A DNA stretch of 64,000 nt, taken from assembly GCA_913043815.1 (NCBI GenBank), contig CAJWNY010000003.1, positions 7,194 to 71,193 on the forward strand, written 5' to 3'. Position 1 is the first letter of the stretch; each line of letters opens with the position of its first letter. The stretch is from an uncultured Gammaproteobacteria bacterium (lineage in GTDB: Bacteria; Pseudomonadota; Gammaproteobacteria; Pseudomonadales; Azotimanducaceae). The position numbers and the translations under genes were made by a program. This document shows, in pieces, positions 39,248 to 49,999 of the stretch. The notes under the pieces were generated by a model that worked only from the letters and a program-made list of their open reading frames with translations, was not told the DNA's origin and searched no databases.

Positions 39248-39550
39248 CTAGCGACGTACCCTGCGCTTGAGGCGGTCGAGTTTTTCCTTCCACATTTGAA
39301 AGGCCTCTGGATCTCCGCCGCGGTCTGGGTGCAGTTTTTGGCACATGCGTCGAGCTTCTAGAATTTCCGCCACGGGAATGACCAGTTCGAGCCCCAACTC
39401 TTTAATTTCTGAAGGGCTCAATGTTTTTACTGGGCTAGCGGCCTCTGGAGGCGAGTAAAAGCCGTGCCAGTTCCCGGAGCCTTTCGTGGCATAAGAGACA
39501 GGCCCTGATAGACCCAATTTCCATGGGTGATTTTTTGCAGGCTTCTTCAT
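39248..39550 (-). CDS. Small protein with a minimal C-terminal J-domain (HPD motif)
   Basis: RRMCQKLHPDRGGDPEAFQ; ATG start; has its own candidate promoter. Confidence 0.72.
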   Translation of the reverse strand: MKKPAKNHPWKLGLSGPVSYATKGSGNWHGFYSPPEAASPVKTLSPSEIKELGLELVIPVAEILEARRMCQKLHPDRGGDPEAFQMWKEKLDRLKRRVRR

Positions 39551-39577
39551 ATAGGCTTTCTAATTAGCTAGGCGACC

Positions 39578-39606
39578 AGCCTAGAATTTTGGTCAAATTT
39601 TGACAA
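39578..39606 (-). promoter_or_regulatory. Putative sigma70 promoter of the J-domain gene
   Basis: TTGTCA-17 bp-TAGGCT on the minus strand, 27 nt upstream of the ATG. Confidence 0.45.
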
Positions 39607-39642
39607 GTAAAATAGAGATATCTTGTCCACTTGTGCTCAGCC

Positions 39643-40416
39643 TCACAAAGAATGGGCGGCTTCTTTTCTAGCGGCGCGAACTTTATCGTTGCTTTGATTG
39701 AAGAGAATGTTTTGTCGCGCCTTGGTCTCTTCTTCAGTGAGCTCTTTTTTGCCCAAATCTGCGCCTACTTTGCGACCCGTTTGTACCGCGGGTCTTGAGG
39801 CCACGAGGTCTACCCAGCGCTTAAGGTGAGGAAAGGTTTGCCAGATATTTTCGTCAATCATACGGCCAAGCAAAAATGCCCAGGGCCAAGCGGCCATGTC
39901 TGCAATTGAATATTTATCGCCTGCTAAATAAGTATTGGCGGAAAGTTGCGCATCCATTACACCACTGAGCCGATCCACCTCACCCATAAATCGCTTGACG
40001 CCATATTCCAACTGACTGGGGTCATCGGTGATATTCCGAGCGTAGTTTTTGAAGTGGTTGGCGTTGCCCATCATTGGTCCCAAGTTCGCCATTTGCCAGT
40101 GAACCCACTGCAAGACTTTGTAGCGCTCAGGTGCTTGCTCATTTGTAAGGGCGGGGAGAAATTTCCCAGTCTTGTCCGCTAGATACTCGAGAATAGCGCC
40201 CGATTCAAACAGTCCAATAGCGTCGCCACCTCCTTTTGGCGCGTGGTCGACAATAGCCGGCATGCGATTGTTCGGGCTAATGCGCAGGAATTCGGGTTTA
40301 AATTGATCGCCTCCGCCAATATCTATGGGCACCAAGTTATAATCTAGGCCGCATTCCTCGAGCATAATCGTAACTTTCCAGCCATTTGGTGTGGGCCAAT
40401 AGTGGCAATCAATCAT
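39643..40416 (-). CDS. Glutathione S-transferase / disulfide-bond oxidoreductase (YfcG-like)
   Basis: WPTPNGWK, ISPNNRMPAI, FESGAIL, WQMANLGPM. Confidence 0.9.
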   Translation of the reverse strand: MIDCHYWPTPNGWKVTIMLEECGLDYNLVPIDIGGGDQFKPEFLRISPNNRMPAIVDHAPKGGGDAIGLFESGAILEYLADKTGKFLPALTNEQAPERYKVLQWVHWQMANLGPMMGNANHFKNYARNITDDPSQLEYGVKRFMGEVDRLSGVMDAQLSANTYLAGDKYSIADMAAWPWAFLLGRMIDENIWQTFPHLKRWVDLVASRPAVQTGRKVGADLGKKELTEEETKARQNILFNQSNDKVRAARKEAAHSL

Positions 40417-40670
40417 TTGCGCGCTCCCCAATAGAAATCCGTTCTTAAATGCAAAACAAGGTGTCATATACGTAATCTTTTCAGATGCAAGGTTAATGCA
40501 ATTCCACTCAATTTGTTGAGAAAATTGGAGAATTGGCGTATTCCTTTGTCTCCAAATAAGCTTTTATTGGTGGAGGGGTGGGTCGTATATGCTAGCGGTT
40601 GCGATGTCGCTATGTATTGGTCGCGTGGTAATGAAAAGCAGAACAGATTTGGTTATAGAAAGAGTGAGTT

Positions 40671-41576
40671 ATGATGATAGAAAATACAGAACAAAATTCA
40701 ATGCACTTATCAATGCGCCTAAAAGGTAAAACTGCGGTAATTACTGGCGGAGCTAGTGGCATGGGTCGCTCTACGGTTCTCCGATTCTTAGCGGAAGGCG
40801 CTAATGTTGTGGTAGCTGATTTTAATCAGTCAACCGGTGCGACCCTTATGCGTGAGGCCCAGGAGTTAGGGTTTGCCGATCGTATTGTCTTTACGCCTGC
40901 GGACGTGGCGATAGAAAGTGATGTTCAGGCTGCGTTAGTTTTAGCGGTAGATACATTTGGCCATCTAGATATTGTTTTTAATAACGCAGGAGTAGGCGGC
41001 GCTATTGGACCGTTAACTGAAACCACAACTGAGTCTTGGGACTACACCATGGATGTTTTGGCTAAAGGCGTTTTTCTTGGCATTAAACATGCGGCGCGGA
41101 TTATGCGCAGCCAGGGCAGCGGTGGTTCAATTATTAACACCGCATCAATTGCAGCATTAAGTGGCGACGCGGGTCCGCTGGTTTATTCTGCTGCTAAGGC
41201 TGCGGTTGTTAGCATGACAAAGTCTGCGGCAGTAGAACTGGCGCAAGAGCGTATTCGGGTTAATGCCATTTGCCCCGGCTTTATTGCAACGCCTTTAGCC
41301 GACGGTGGTAAGCCCGAAAAAACAAAAGAGAATTTTAGCCGCGCGCAACCGTGGCCCGAATATGGTCAGGGCGATCACATCGCAGGCGCAGCGCTGTTTT
41401 TCGCCAGTGACGACTCTATTTTTGTGACCGGAGACGCATTAGTAGTTGATGGTGGGTTGACTGCCGCGGGCCCAGAGTTGTCACGTAAATTCCCTCGTAC
41501 CTCTGGTCGTAATTCTAAGGTGGCTGGCGTAACAAAAGGTAGTACGGGTGAAAAGCCTGAGTTGAAATCGCTCTGA
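40671..41576 (+). CDS. SDR family oxidoreductase
   Basis: TGGASGMG, NNAG, YSAAK, RVNAICPG. Confidence 0.92.
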   Translation: MMIENTEQNSMHLSMRLKGKTAVITGGASGMGRSTVLRFLAEGANVVVADFNQSTGATLMREAQELGFADRIVFTPADVAIESDVQAALVLAVDTFGHLDIVFNNAGVGGAIGPLTETTTESWDYTMDVLAKGVFLGIKHAARIMRSQGSGGSIINTASIAALSGDAGPLVYSAAKAAVVSMTKSAAVELAQERIRVNAICPGFIATPLADGGKPEKTKENFSRAQPWPEYGQGDHIAGAALFFASDDSIFVTGDALVVDGGLTAAGPELSRKFPRTSGRNSKVAGVTKGSTGEKPELKSL

Positions 41577-41625
41577 TGCAAACTTGCGCCGTGGCATGCT
41601 GGTCAAATTTTAAAAAGGTCTAGGT

Positions 41626-43071
41626 ATGAGTTTTACAGAAAGTAGTAGTGACGTCGCATCTAGGCCGCTATCCATAGCCGGTACCCCTGCTGCGACCCCA
41701 TTGGGTTATTACAGTTGGACTTTTGGTCAATGTGCCCGTGACCCTTTTTATATTGCGGTGGTGATTTACATATTCTTTCCCTACTTTAGCAATGTTGTTG
41801 TAGGTGACCCAGTGGAAGGTCAGGCGTTGATTGGCTACTTAAATGCAATAGCCGGCGCGATTATGGCAATAACAATTCCTTTTCTTGGGGCTATTGCTGA
41901 TAAGGGTGGGCGGCAAAAGCCATGGCTTGCTGCCACTGTATTGTTAATCGGCCTAGGTGCTTTTGCCTTATGGTGGGTAAAACCTGCTGGTGCAGGTTTA
42001 AGTGTGATGCAAAGCTTGGCGGTACTGTTAGTTATTTTGGTGGTGTTCGCCTATTCCGAAGTCTTTCATAACGCCATGCTGCCCAGAGTAGCGCCGGTAG
42101 AAAAAACCGGTCTTATCTCTGGTATGGCTTATTCGCTAGGTAACTTAGGCGGCCTTTCGCTGATGCTTTTTGTGCTTTTTGCCTTCGCCTTGCCCGGTAC
42201 TCAGGAATGGTCTTTTTTGCCAGCACAGCCTTTGTTTGGACTAGATCAATCTACTCATGAACACGATCGTATTGTTGGGCCTATTACTGGTATTTGGATA
42301 CTGTTTTTTTCATTGCCAGTATTGCTCTTCACCCCAGACGGCAAAGCATCTAACTTAGGTTTATCTAGGGTAGTGAGGTCAGGTTTAAGTGATGTCCTAG
42401 AAACCGTTAAGCAGCTCAAACATTACGCTAACATTGCCCGGTATTTATTGGCGCGTATGTTCTATAACGATGGCATGGTAGGCGTGCTGCTGTTTGGTGG
42501 TATTTACGCCTCCGGTACTTTTAATTGGGGTTCTACTACACTTTTGATTTTTGGCTTATGCACTAGTTTGTCTGCCATGGTGGGCGCGTACCTCGGCGGG
42601 TTGCTTGACGATAAACTGGGTTCTATGAAAACTCTAAAAATTGCTGTGGGCATGAGTTCGCTAATATTGTTGACGCTGGTGTCGATTCAGCAAGGAAAAA
42701 TATTTTTTGTGATCCCAGTTCCTACAGATGCGGTTTGGAGTTTTCCCTACTTTAGCACCGTTGCCGAAATAGCTTATTTTTGTACGAATCAATTTTTTGC
42801 GGTGTTCTTTGTCACCGGATTATCTGCATCGCGCACTTTAATGGCGCGCATTTCACCGCCGCAAATGGCTACACAGTTTTTTGGACTTTATGGTCTTAGC
42901 GGTTCGGTGACGGCTTTCCTTGCGCCCTTGCTCGTCGCTACTACAACGACGTACTTTCAGTCTCAGAGGGCGGGTTTTGCTTCCCTAGTTATACTCATGA
43001 TCATTGGTGGCACGATGCTGCTGTGGGTTAAGGAAAGCCAATCTGACGTCGCGCCAAGAGAGCATAGCTAA
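41626..43071 (+). CDS. MFS transporter (UMF1/Atg22-like)
   Basis: FFPYF, GAIADK, NAMLP, RMFYNDG, SRTLMAR, FFGLYG. Confidence 0.85.
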   Translation: MSFTESSSDVASRPLSIAGTPAATPLGYYSWTFGQCARDPFYIAVVIYIFFPYFSNVVVGDPVEGQALIGYLNAIAGAIMAITIPFLGAIADKGGRQKPWLAATVLLIGLGAFALWWVKPAGAGLSVMQSLAVLLVILVVFAYSEVFHNAMLPRVAPVEKTGLISGMAYSLGNLGGLSLMLFVLFAFALPGTQEWSFLPAQPLFGLDQSTHEHDRIVGPITGIWILFFSLPVLLFTPDGKASNLGLSRVVRSGLSDVLETVKQLKHYANIARYLLARMFYNDGMVGVLLFGGIYASGTFNWGSTTLLIFGLCTSLSAMVGAYLGGLLDDKLGSMKTLKIAVGMSSLILLTLVSIQQGKIFFVIPVPTDAVWSFPYFSTVAEIAYFCTNQFFAVFFVTGLSASRTLMARISPPQMATQFFGLYGLSGSVTAFLAPLLVATTTTYFQSQRAGFASLVILMIIGGTMLLWVKESQSDVAPREHS

Positions 43072-43226
43072 CGCGGCTTATGGTAGAGGTTTTGAATTAC
43101 CAAAGGTCTCTAGTTAATACGGGCGACTCTCTAGGCGGTTAGCTAAGTATGTCTTACAAACCTGCGAATCTCGTTTGTTGATTTTCTACACTTTCGGTGG
43201 AGCGACTAGACAGTTTCAGGGTGTGG

Positions 43227-45089
43227 CTACAGGTAGATAGCCGACAAAAGGTAGCTCAGAGTGACCCACATAATCAATGTTAATGGCAGTCCCACTTTGA
43301 CAAAGTCGCCAAAGGTATAGTTACCGGCACTCATGACCAATAAGTTCGTTTTATAAGCCATGGGCGTGGCGTAGCTCATATTTGCACCAAATAGGACGGC
43401 CAGTACAAAGGCTTCCGCGGGCAGCTCTAGATAGTTGGCTATTCCAATTGCAATGGGCGTACCAATCACAGCGGCTGCATTGTTTGAGACTACATTTGTC
43501 AGAATTGCCAGCAACAACATAAGCGCAGACAAGATAATTGTTGGGCTGGCGCCTTGGGTGATAAAAAGAAATATTTCGGTTAGATAAATAGTCGCCCCGG
43601 TTTTTTGCAGCGCCATACCCAGCGCTAGGCTTGAGGCCACTACGAAATAGACAGAGGGGCTGACCGCGCGGATAGCGGCGCCAATACTTAGGCAACGCGT
43701 GAGTAACATAGCTGTGGTTCCGGTTAAAGCCGCCACAGCTATGGGTAGCAAGCCGGTACCCGCTAAAACCACCACGCAGATAATAATAAAAAGGGCGATG
43801 GGGGCTTTTTCTGTCTTTGGCAGAGTAATGCTGCCATCTAAAACTAAAAATTCTGTAGAGCTTTTGAGCTGGCTGACTTGGTTTTTTGCGCCCTGCAACA
43901 GCAGTACATCGCCAGCCCTGAGAATGACTTGCTGTATTTCTTGACTTGCCTGCCAAATATCTTTGCCCGCTCTATGCAGGGCTAATACAACGAGTTGGTG
44001 TTGTTGAATGAAGTGGGTCTCACCTAGGTTGGTTTGATCAAGGTTTGAACCTTGCACCACAGCTACTTCTACTAGTGTTTGGTCGTTGGCGGTGAGGGGG
44101 TGTTCATCTGAAACAGGTTGTTCTATAGATAAGGGTGTTTCGTCCAAAGCATTGATTTGAGTTTTTTCTGCTTCCGCAAACAACAAGCCTTGCAGAGCTT
44201 CCTCGTATTGTTTGAGATTTTGCGGAGTGTCGCGTATGCGCAGTCTGTCTCCTTGGATCAGCATCAGGTCTGGCAATGGCATGACAACAGTGTCTTCCCG
44301 CAAAATTCGCTGTACTTGCATGGTCGGCCCCGCAGCAGTTCTTGCTTCAGCAAAAGTTTTACCAATCATATGACTGTCAGCGCTGATTTGGAGGCGTGCT
44401 TCAAACAGTCTGGGCGAGTGGTCGCTAAGATCTGAGCTGCGATCTGGTAGTAATTTGGGCGCTATGAGCCACAGGTAAAGGATTGCCACACCACTGGACA
44501 ATAGTGCCGGTAGCGCGAAATCGAACATGCCAAATTCTTTTAGCCCTTGGGCTTGGGCGAGGCTGACCACTAGTAAGTTAGTAGAAGTGCCAATAGTGGT
44601 TGCCATACCGCCAACTAATGTCGCGAAGCCCATGGGCATAAGAACTTTTGATGGCGACTTATTAGTGCGCAAACAGACTGAAATAAGTATAGGTAGCAGT
44701 AATACGACAATGGGCGTGTTGTTGACGAAGGCCGAGAGTACGCCGCCTACAATGAGAGTTAGCAGTAGTGAAAAAACCGGCGCTTTACCCCATAGGCCTG
44801 AAAGCAGGCGCCCCACTGGCTCTAGAGCACCGGTTTGTACTAAGCCTTGTCCCAACACCATAAGAGCGCACACGCTGATGAGTGCTTCATGGGCTAACCC
44901 CGCAAAAAAGTCTGTAGGATTGATGTCCTCAAAGGGTGCAATGGCAAACCCTAGGACAATGATGCCCAGTAGGCACAAAGCGGTGATTTCGAGTTTTAGC
45001 TCTTCTCTGCTAAATAGGACTAAAGCCACCACAGTTAGAGCCATGATGGCGACTGCATGGGGGTTGGGTGACTCGGGTATTTCAATCAT
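43227..45089 (-). CDS. SLC13/CitMHS-type permease with TrkA-C domains
   Basis: SAFVNNTP, TIGTSTN, central soluble domains, SNNAAA, TPMAYKTN. Confidence 0.9.
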   Translation of the reverse strand: MIEIPESPNPHAVAIMALTVVALVLFSREELKLEITALCLLGIIVLGFAIAPFEDINPTDFFAGLAHEALISVCALMVLGQGLVQTGALEPVGRLLSGLWGKAPVFSLLLTLIVGGVLSAFVNNTPIVVLLLPILISVCLRTNKSPSKVLMPMGFATLVGGMATTIGTSTNLLVVSLAQAQGLKEFGMFDFALPALLSSGVAILYLWLIAPKLLPDRSSDLSDHSPRLFEARLQISADSHMIGKTFAEARTAAGPTMQVQRILREDTVVMPLPDLMLIQGDRLRIRDTPQNLKQYEEALQGLLFAEAEKTQINALDETPLSIEQPVSDEHPLTANDQTLVEVAVVQGSNLDQTNLGETHFIQQHQLVVLALHRAGKDIWQASQEIQQVILRAGDVLLLQGAKNQVSQLKSSTEFLVLDGSITLPKTEKAPIALFIIICVVVLAGTGLLPIAVAALTGTTAMLLTRCLSIGAAIRAVSPSVYFVVASSLALGMALQKTGATIYLTEIFLFITQGASPTIILSALMLLLAILTNVVSNNAAAVIGTPIAIGIANYLELPAEAFVLAVLFGANMSYATPMAYKTNLLVMSAGNYTFGDFVKVGLPLTLIMWVTLSYLLSAIYL

Positions 45090-45412
45090 ATGGCATCCAA
45101 CTTTTGCAAGGCTGTGAGAAGATACAGTGTCCGTTGGGACCGCTGAGCTAAGCCCACTTTTGTTCTCAATTTAGATCCATGCCAATGCGTTTGGCGACTA
45201 TGCATTACGCTTGGGCAGCCTTATTATATACAAGACAACTGAAGGTCACGAACTTGGCATTTAAGGCCGATATTTGGGTTATAACTCTCTGTGGATGATA
45301 AAGTTCCCGAAAATGTGGTTGCAGAGATTTTTGGGGGTTAGTTGGCTGTCCTGCAGTTGAAAATTTAGTAAAAAATACGTCTAAGTAGCAGAAGAAAAGG
45401 GAAAGTAGGTTG

Positions 45413-47299
45413 ATGTCAGAAGATCACATTGAAGAAATTGAAAAAGATGATCTCTATAAGGTTCGTCACAGTTTAGCTCACGTTCTGGCTCAGGCGGTTT
45501 TGGAGATTCGCCCTGGGAGCACGTTGGGGTTCGGCCCACCTATTAGTGACGGCTTTTATTACGACTTCTTATTGTCCGAACCGCTTACGGAAGAGGATTT
45601 TCCCGCGCTTATGCAGAAAATGAAGAAGATTATTAAGAAAGGTCAGCGCTTTGATCGCGAAGACCTCTCCGCAGATGATGCGCTTGCCCGTATTAGCGAG
45701 ATGGGTGAACCGTATAAAATGGAATACGGAGCTGAGTTGGTCAAAAAAAATAACCTAGAGGGTTTATCTTTTTATCGCAACGGACCATTTCTGGATATGT
45801 GCGAAGGGCCACACGTTCATACCACAAAAGATATCCCCCGCGACGCCTTTAAACTGAAAAGTGTCGCTGGCGCATACTGGCGCGGTAATTCTGACAACGT
45901 AATGATGACGCGTATTTATGCTTGGGCATTTTTAAATAAAGAAACCCTAGACGCGCATGTGGAAGCATTTGAAGAAGCCCAAGCTCGTGACCACAAAAAA
46001 CTCGGTCGTGAGCTGGGTATCTATACGATTGATAACGATATTGGTAAAGGCCTGCCTTTGTGGTTGCCAAATGGCACCATTATTCGTGATGAGTTAGAGA
46101 ATCTTGCTAAGGAGTTAGAGTTTAAAGGGGGTTATTCTAGAGTAGCTACACCACACCTTGCTAAAGAATCTCTTTACCACACCACAGGCCACCTTCCGTA
46201 TTACGCTGAAGACATGTATCCGCCAATGGAGTTGCTTGAATCCGCTTTAGATGGGGAAAGTGGTGAAGACGGGAAAGAGGGCGAAAATGGAGCGCGGGTC
46301 GTTAAAGAATCCTACCGACTGCGTCCGATGAACTGTCCACATCACCACAAGGTCTTTTCCGCGGAACCGCGCAGTTATAGAGATCTGCCTTTGCGCTTGG
46401 CCGAATATGGTCAGGTGTACCGCTTTGAAGATTCCGGTGCTGTCAGTGGTTTGGTAAGGGTGCGCGGTATGTGTATGAACGACGCACACATTTACTGCAC
46501 CAAAGAACAGATTAAGGACGAGTTTAAATCTGTTATGGCCATGTACCAAGACGCTTATCGAATTCTTGGCCTAAATAACTTTCATGTTCGTTTGTCAAAG
46601 TGGGATCCAGAAGATCCCAAGGGCAAAGAAAAGTTTGTCGACAATCCGCAAGCTTGGCGTGACTCTGAGCAAGTGCTTGAAGAAGTACTCAATGAATTGG
46701 CAATTGACTACAAGATTGGACTAGGCGAAGGCGCTTTTTACGGCCCTAAAATAGACATCCAGTTCAATACCGTTACCGGCCGAGAAGAATCTGTTTCTAC
46801 TGTACAGTTAGATTTTGCCGTACCTGAACGTATGGGCTTAAAGTATGTGGGTTCAGATGGCGAAGAGCACACGCCGTTCTGTATTCACCGTGCGCCGTTT
46901 AGTACTCATGAGCGCATGGTTGCTTTTTTGATTGAGCACTTTGCGGGTGCATTTCCGACATGGCTTGCGCCCATTCAAGTTCAACTGCTGACGGTCTCGG
47001 AACAGTATGATGATTATGCTAATGAAATAGTGGCCCGGCTGCGTAACCAAATGGTACGTGCGGAACTGGCGCCTTCAAATGACACATTGCCGAAGAAAAT
47101 ACGCCAAGGTGCTACCCGTAAAATCCCTAACCTTTTGATTATTGGTGAACGCGAAGTGGCAGACGGTACCGTAACTCTGCGCAGGTATGGGCATCAGCAA
47201 CAGCAAACTTTTACGGTAGCTGATTTCGAAAGTGTACTGATTAATGCTATTAAGCAGCGCCTCCCTGAAATCGATGCATCAAGTGGCGACCGTGTTTAG
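45413..47299 (+). CDS. thrS: Threonine--tRNA ligase (lacks N-terminal TGS domain)
   Basis: RHSLAH, DMCEGPH, AYWRG, RDHKKLG, RPMNCP, GAFYGPKID, IHRA, GAFPTWLAP. Confidence 0.96.
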   Translation: MSEDHIEEIEKDDLYKVRHSLAHVLAQAVLEIRPGSTLGFGPPISDGFYYDFLLSEPLTEEDFPALMQKMKKIIKKGQRFDREDLSADDALARISEMGEPYKMEYGAELVKKNNLEGLSFYRNGPFLDMCEGPHVHTTKDIPRDAFKLKSVAGAYWRGNSDNVMMTRIYAWAFLNKETLDAHVEAFEEAQARDHKKLGRELGIYTIDNDIGKGLPLWLPNGTIIRDELENLAKELEFKGGYSRVATPHLAKESLYHTTGHLPYYAEDMYPPMELLESALDGESGEDGKEGENGARVVKESYRLRPMNCPHHHKVFSAEPRSYRDLPLRLAEYGQVYRFEDSGAVSGLVRVRGMCMNDAHIYCTKEQIKDEFKSVMAMYQDAYRILGLNNFHVRLSKWDPEDPKGKEKFVDNPQAWRDSEQVLEEVLNELAIDYKIGLGEGAFYGPKIDIQFNTVTGREESVSTVQLDFAVPERMGLKYVGSDGEEHTPFCIHRAPFSTHERMVAFLIEHFAGAFPTWLAPIQVQLLTVSEQYDDYANEIVARLRNQMVRAELAPSNDTLPKKIRQGATRKIPNLLIIGEREVADGTVTLRRYGHQQQQTFTVADFESVLINAIKQRLPEIDASSGDRV

Positions 47300-47403
47300 T
47301 AAGGTTAAAGAAGCCTGGAGCTCTATTAGCACCCTTGCTTGTAAAGGTTGCATTTTGCTGAAAAGCTTAACTCTCTTCCAAGCTTATAAGAGGTCTGGGT
47401 TTC

Positions 47404-49779
47404 TCAGCTAGAGGCCGCTACAACTTTTGGTGCCGATGAGTTGGACTGCTGCTCATCAACTAAATCAGCCAAGACGCGCCCAGCTTCTCGCAGCATTGGA
47501 TCTTCGCCGATCTCATCAATAAGGTCGTTTTCACTGTCTGTAGTGGTTGCTTTCTCCTTAGTATTATTCCGGCTGAGCTTCTGTTGAGCATCATCTGCCT
47601 CTGCCCCCTCAATAAAAGCGCTAGTTAGTTCTTTAGAGTCACCTTCAGGCTGTAACTCTGGTGCAATTTTGGAATCAAGTTCTGCTTTTTGTAATTCTTT
47701 CAACGAGTCCAGTGTTTCTGCAGTTGCTTTACCTGTGGCGATACGTAGCGTGTTCTCAAGGTTTAAACGCCAAAGGTCATCTTGCGCTCTTTCTTTGCGC
47801 CGCACGGCCTCGTTGAGAGACAATACTTCGATAGCAGACTTTTCTTGACTTCGCCGACTCAGAGCTCGGTAGTACACGAAGTGCGGATTATCTGCTGCTC
47901 GACTGTTGTGCTGCTCTTGCAGCTTAGGAACAATGTTTGCAAGGTCGTCAAAGGGTCGATAATTAGCGGGCTTTATTTTATCCCAAGGCATTGCGTCGTC
48001 TAATGTACTCTCACCAATCACGTCGTTGTCCACTAAAGTTGGAAATACGATGTCCGGTATTACGCCTTGATGCTGGGTGCTCTGTCCAGAAATTCTATAA
48101 AATTTAGCAGCTGTGAGTTTCAGTTGGCCTCTATTGAGTGGGATAAGCGTCTGTACAGTGCCCTTCCCAAAGGTTTGGTTGCCAACAACTAGCGCGCGGC
48201 CATAGTCCTGCAAAGCGCCAGCAAAAATTTCTGAAGCCGATGCCGATAGACGGTTAACCATAACAGCCATTGGGCCACTCCATGCTAATTCTAAGTTGTT
48301 GTCGCTTAGTACATTGGCGCGGCGTCGCGCAGATTTCACCTGAACCGTTGGGCCAGAGGGAATAAAGAGTCCAGTCATGGTGTCCGCTTCCTGCAAAGAG
48401 CCACCACCATTGCTACGTAGATCTATGATCAAGCCCTCTACGCCCTCTTCTTTGAGCGCTTCTACTAAACGTCGGACATCTCTGGTGGTACTGCGGTAAT
48501 TGGGGTCTCCCTTTTGCTGGGCTGCAAAGTCGGCGTAAAATGTAGGTATTTCAATCACCCCAATAAGCCTCGGGTCATCTTCCCCCAGTGTTATGGTTTT
48601 GGCTTTAGCTGCTTGTTCCTCTAGCTTAATCTTGTTCCGCACAATTGTAATATTCTTGCCTACGGCTTCTTTCCCGTCAGCGGATAAAATACTTAAACGT
48701 ACTGTAGAGCCTTTAGGTCCCCTGATCAGCTCAACAACGTCGTCTAATCGCCAGCCAACTACATCTATAAATGGACCCTGACTGCCTTGCCCTACAGCGG
48801 TGATTTTGTCCGCAGGTTTCAATTGTCCTCCTTTGTCCGCAGGTCCAGCAGGCACTAAGCGCACTACTTCCACTGTATCGTCTTCGCTCCTTAGCACTGC
48901 GCCTATGCCTTCAAGTGATAACGACATATTTATGTTGAAATTTTCAGATGTCCGCGGGGAAAAATACTCAGTATGAGGGTCGTAGCTATGTGCGAAGGCA
49001 TTGATGTAGGCTTGGAAGGCATCCTCACTTTTATTACGCACTACAATTTTGAGCTGGTTTCTATAGCGCTTGCGCAGTTGTTCAGCGATTTCCTCCACTG
49101 TCTTGTCACTTAGCTTCATCGCGAGCACCTGCGCTTTTAGACGACGGCGCCAGAGATCATCGTTGGCTGCTTTGTCTGTGGACCATTCAGCATCTTCGCG
49201 GGAAACCAAGATTGACTCTTTCCGGCTAAAGTCCAAGTTTTCTATGCCGCCGTCGATTAGGCCAATAAGGTAATTTAGCCTGTCTACAGTGCGCATTTGA
49301 TAACGATTAAAAATCAAGAAGGCAGGTTCTAAGTCGCCTTTTTTTAAGGCGTCGTCTAACTGGAACCTATACTTTTCAAATTCAGAGAGATCGTCTGCAA
49401 TAAAGTAATAGTGACCCGGGTCTAATACAGTCAGGTACTTGTCGAAAACATGCTCCGACAATTCATCATTAACGGTTTTGTTGAGGTAGTGATTGCGCCG
49501 TAATTGCTCGACAACGTTAAGACTTGTTCTAGGATGTATGTCCAGTGCAGATAAAGTCGGAGCGGTAAGTATTTCTTCTTCGGATTGCTGGACGCTATTT
49601 TGCTTGTTGGGGGATTCAAACCCAGTCTGTAGGGGGCGGGGGAGGATGGCTCCATCGTCAGCCGAGAAAATCTGCGATGCCGGCGCTAGACCTAAAATAC
49701 TAACTAAAACTAGTTTTTGCCAAAAACCGAACACGCGCGAGCGTTGCAGCCTGTTAGTGGAGATAAAAGTTTTGCTCAT
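47404..49779 (-). CDS. prc: Carboxy-terminal processing (tail-specific) protease, S41
   Basis: DPHTEY, SLEGIGA (PDZ), DLRSNGGG, SASASEI, GKGTVQ, DNALPW-like motif. Confidence 0.92.
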   Translation of the reverse strand: MSKTFISTNRLQRSRVFGFWQKLVLVSILGLAPASQIFSADDGAILPRPLQTGFESPNKQNSVQQSEEEILTAPTLSALDIHPRTSLNVVEQLRRNHYLNKTVNDELSEHVFDKYLTVLDPGHYYFIADDLSEFEKYRFQLDDALKKGDLEPAFLIFNRYQMRTVDRLNYLIGLIDGGIENLDFSRKESILVSREDAEWSTDKAANDDLWRRRLKAQVLAMKLSDKTVEEIAEQLRKRYRNQLKIVVRNKSEDAFQAYINAFAHSYDPHTEYFSPRTSENFNINMSLSLEGIGAVLRSEDDTVEVVRLVPAGPADKGGQLKPADKITAVGQGSQGPFIDVVGWRLDDVVELIRGPKGSTVRLSILSADGKEAVGKNITIVRNKIKLEEQAAKAKTITLGEDDPRLIGVIEIPTFYADFAAQQKGDPNYRSTTRDVRRLVEALKEEGVEGLIIDLRSNGGGSLQEADTMTGLFIPSGPTVQVKSARRRANVLSDNNLELAWSGPMAVMVNRLSASASEIFAGALQDYGRALVVGNQTFGKGTVQTLIPLNRGQLKLTAAKFYRISGQSTQHQGVIPDIVFPTLVDNDVIGESTLDDAMPWDKIKPANYRPFDDLANIVPKLQEQHNSRAADNPHFVYYRALSRRSQEKSAIEVLSLNEAVRRKERAQDDLWRLNLENTLRIATGKATAETLDSLKELQKAELDSKIAPELQPEGDSKELTSAFIEGAEADDAQQKLSRNNTKEKATTTDSENDLIDEIGEDPMLREAGRVLADLVDEQQSNSSAPKVVAASS

Positions 49780-49999
49780 AAGCTTATAATGTCCTAGTTC
49801 TTTACAGCGTATTCATGCTTTAGAGTGTGATTAGCTCTAATTTTTTTCAATTTCAGTCTTTCTACTCTCATTGCCCTATAAGTCGTGTGAATTTTGCGAC
49901 TTGGAGTGCACATCGGGGGGGCAAAGGCGGTATCATTCAGTAAAATGTAACCCGCTGCTAACGTGGCAAGCAACCCACCATATAATTGAGATGAATTTA

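Noticed and set aside
43351-45117. Long alternative ORFs (43351-43956 -, 44527-45117 +)
   Set aside because: Shadow frames of the SLC13 permease, with no motifs or RBS.
45120-45410. Possible T-box or tRNA-mimic operator upstream of thrS
   Set aside because: No T-box consensus and no convincing anticodon-like CGU hairpins seen.
49871-49999. Cys-rich N-terminal extension (CEFCDLEC) on the FKBP
   Set aside because: Lies upstream of a clean lipoprotein signal starting at about 50000; falls in the divergent promoter region.
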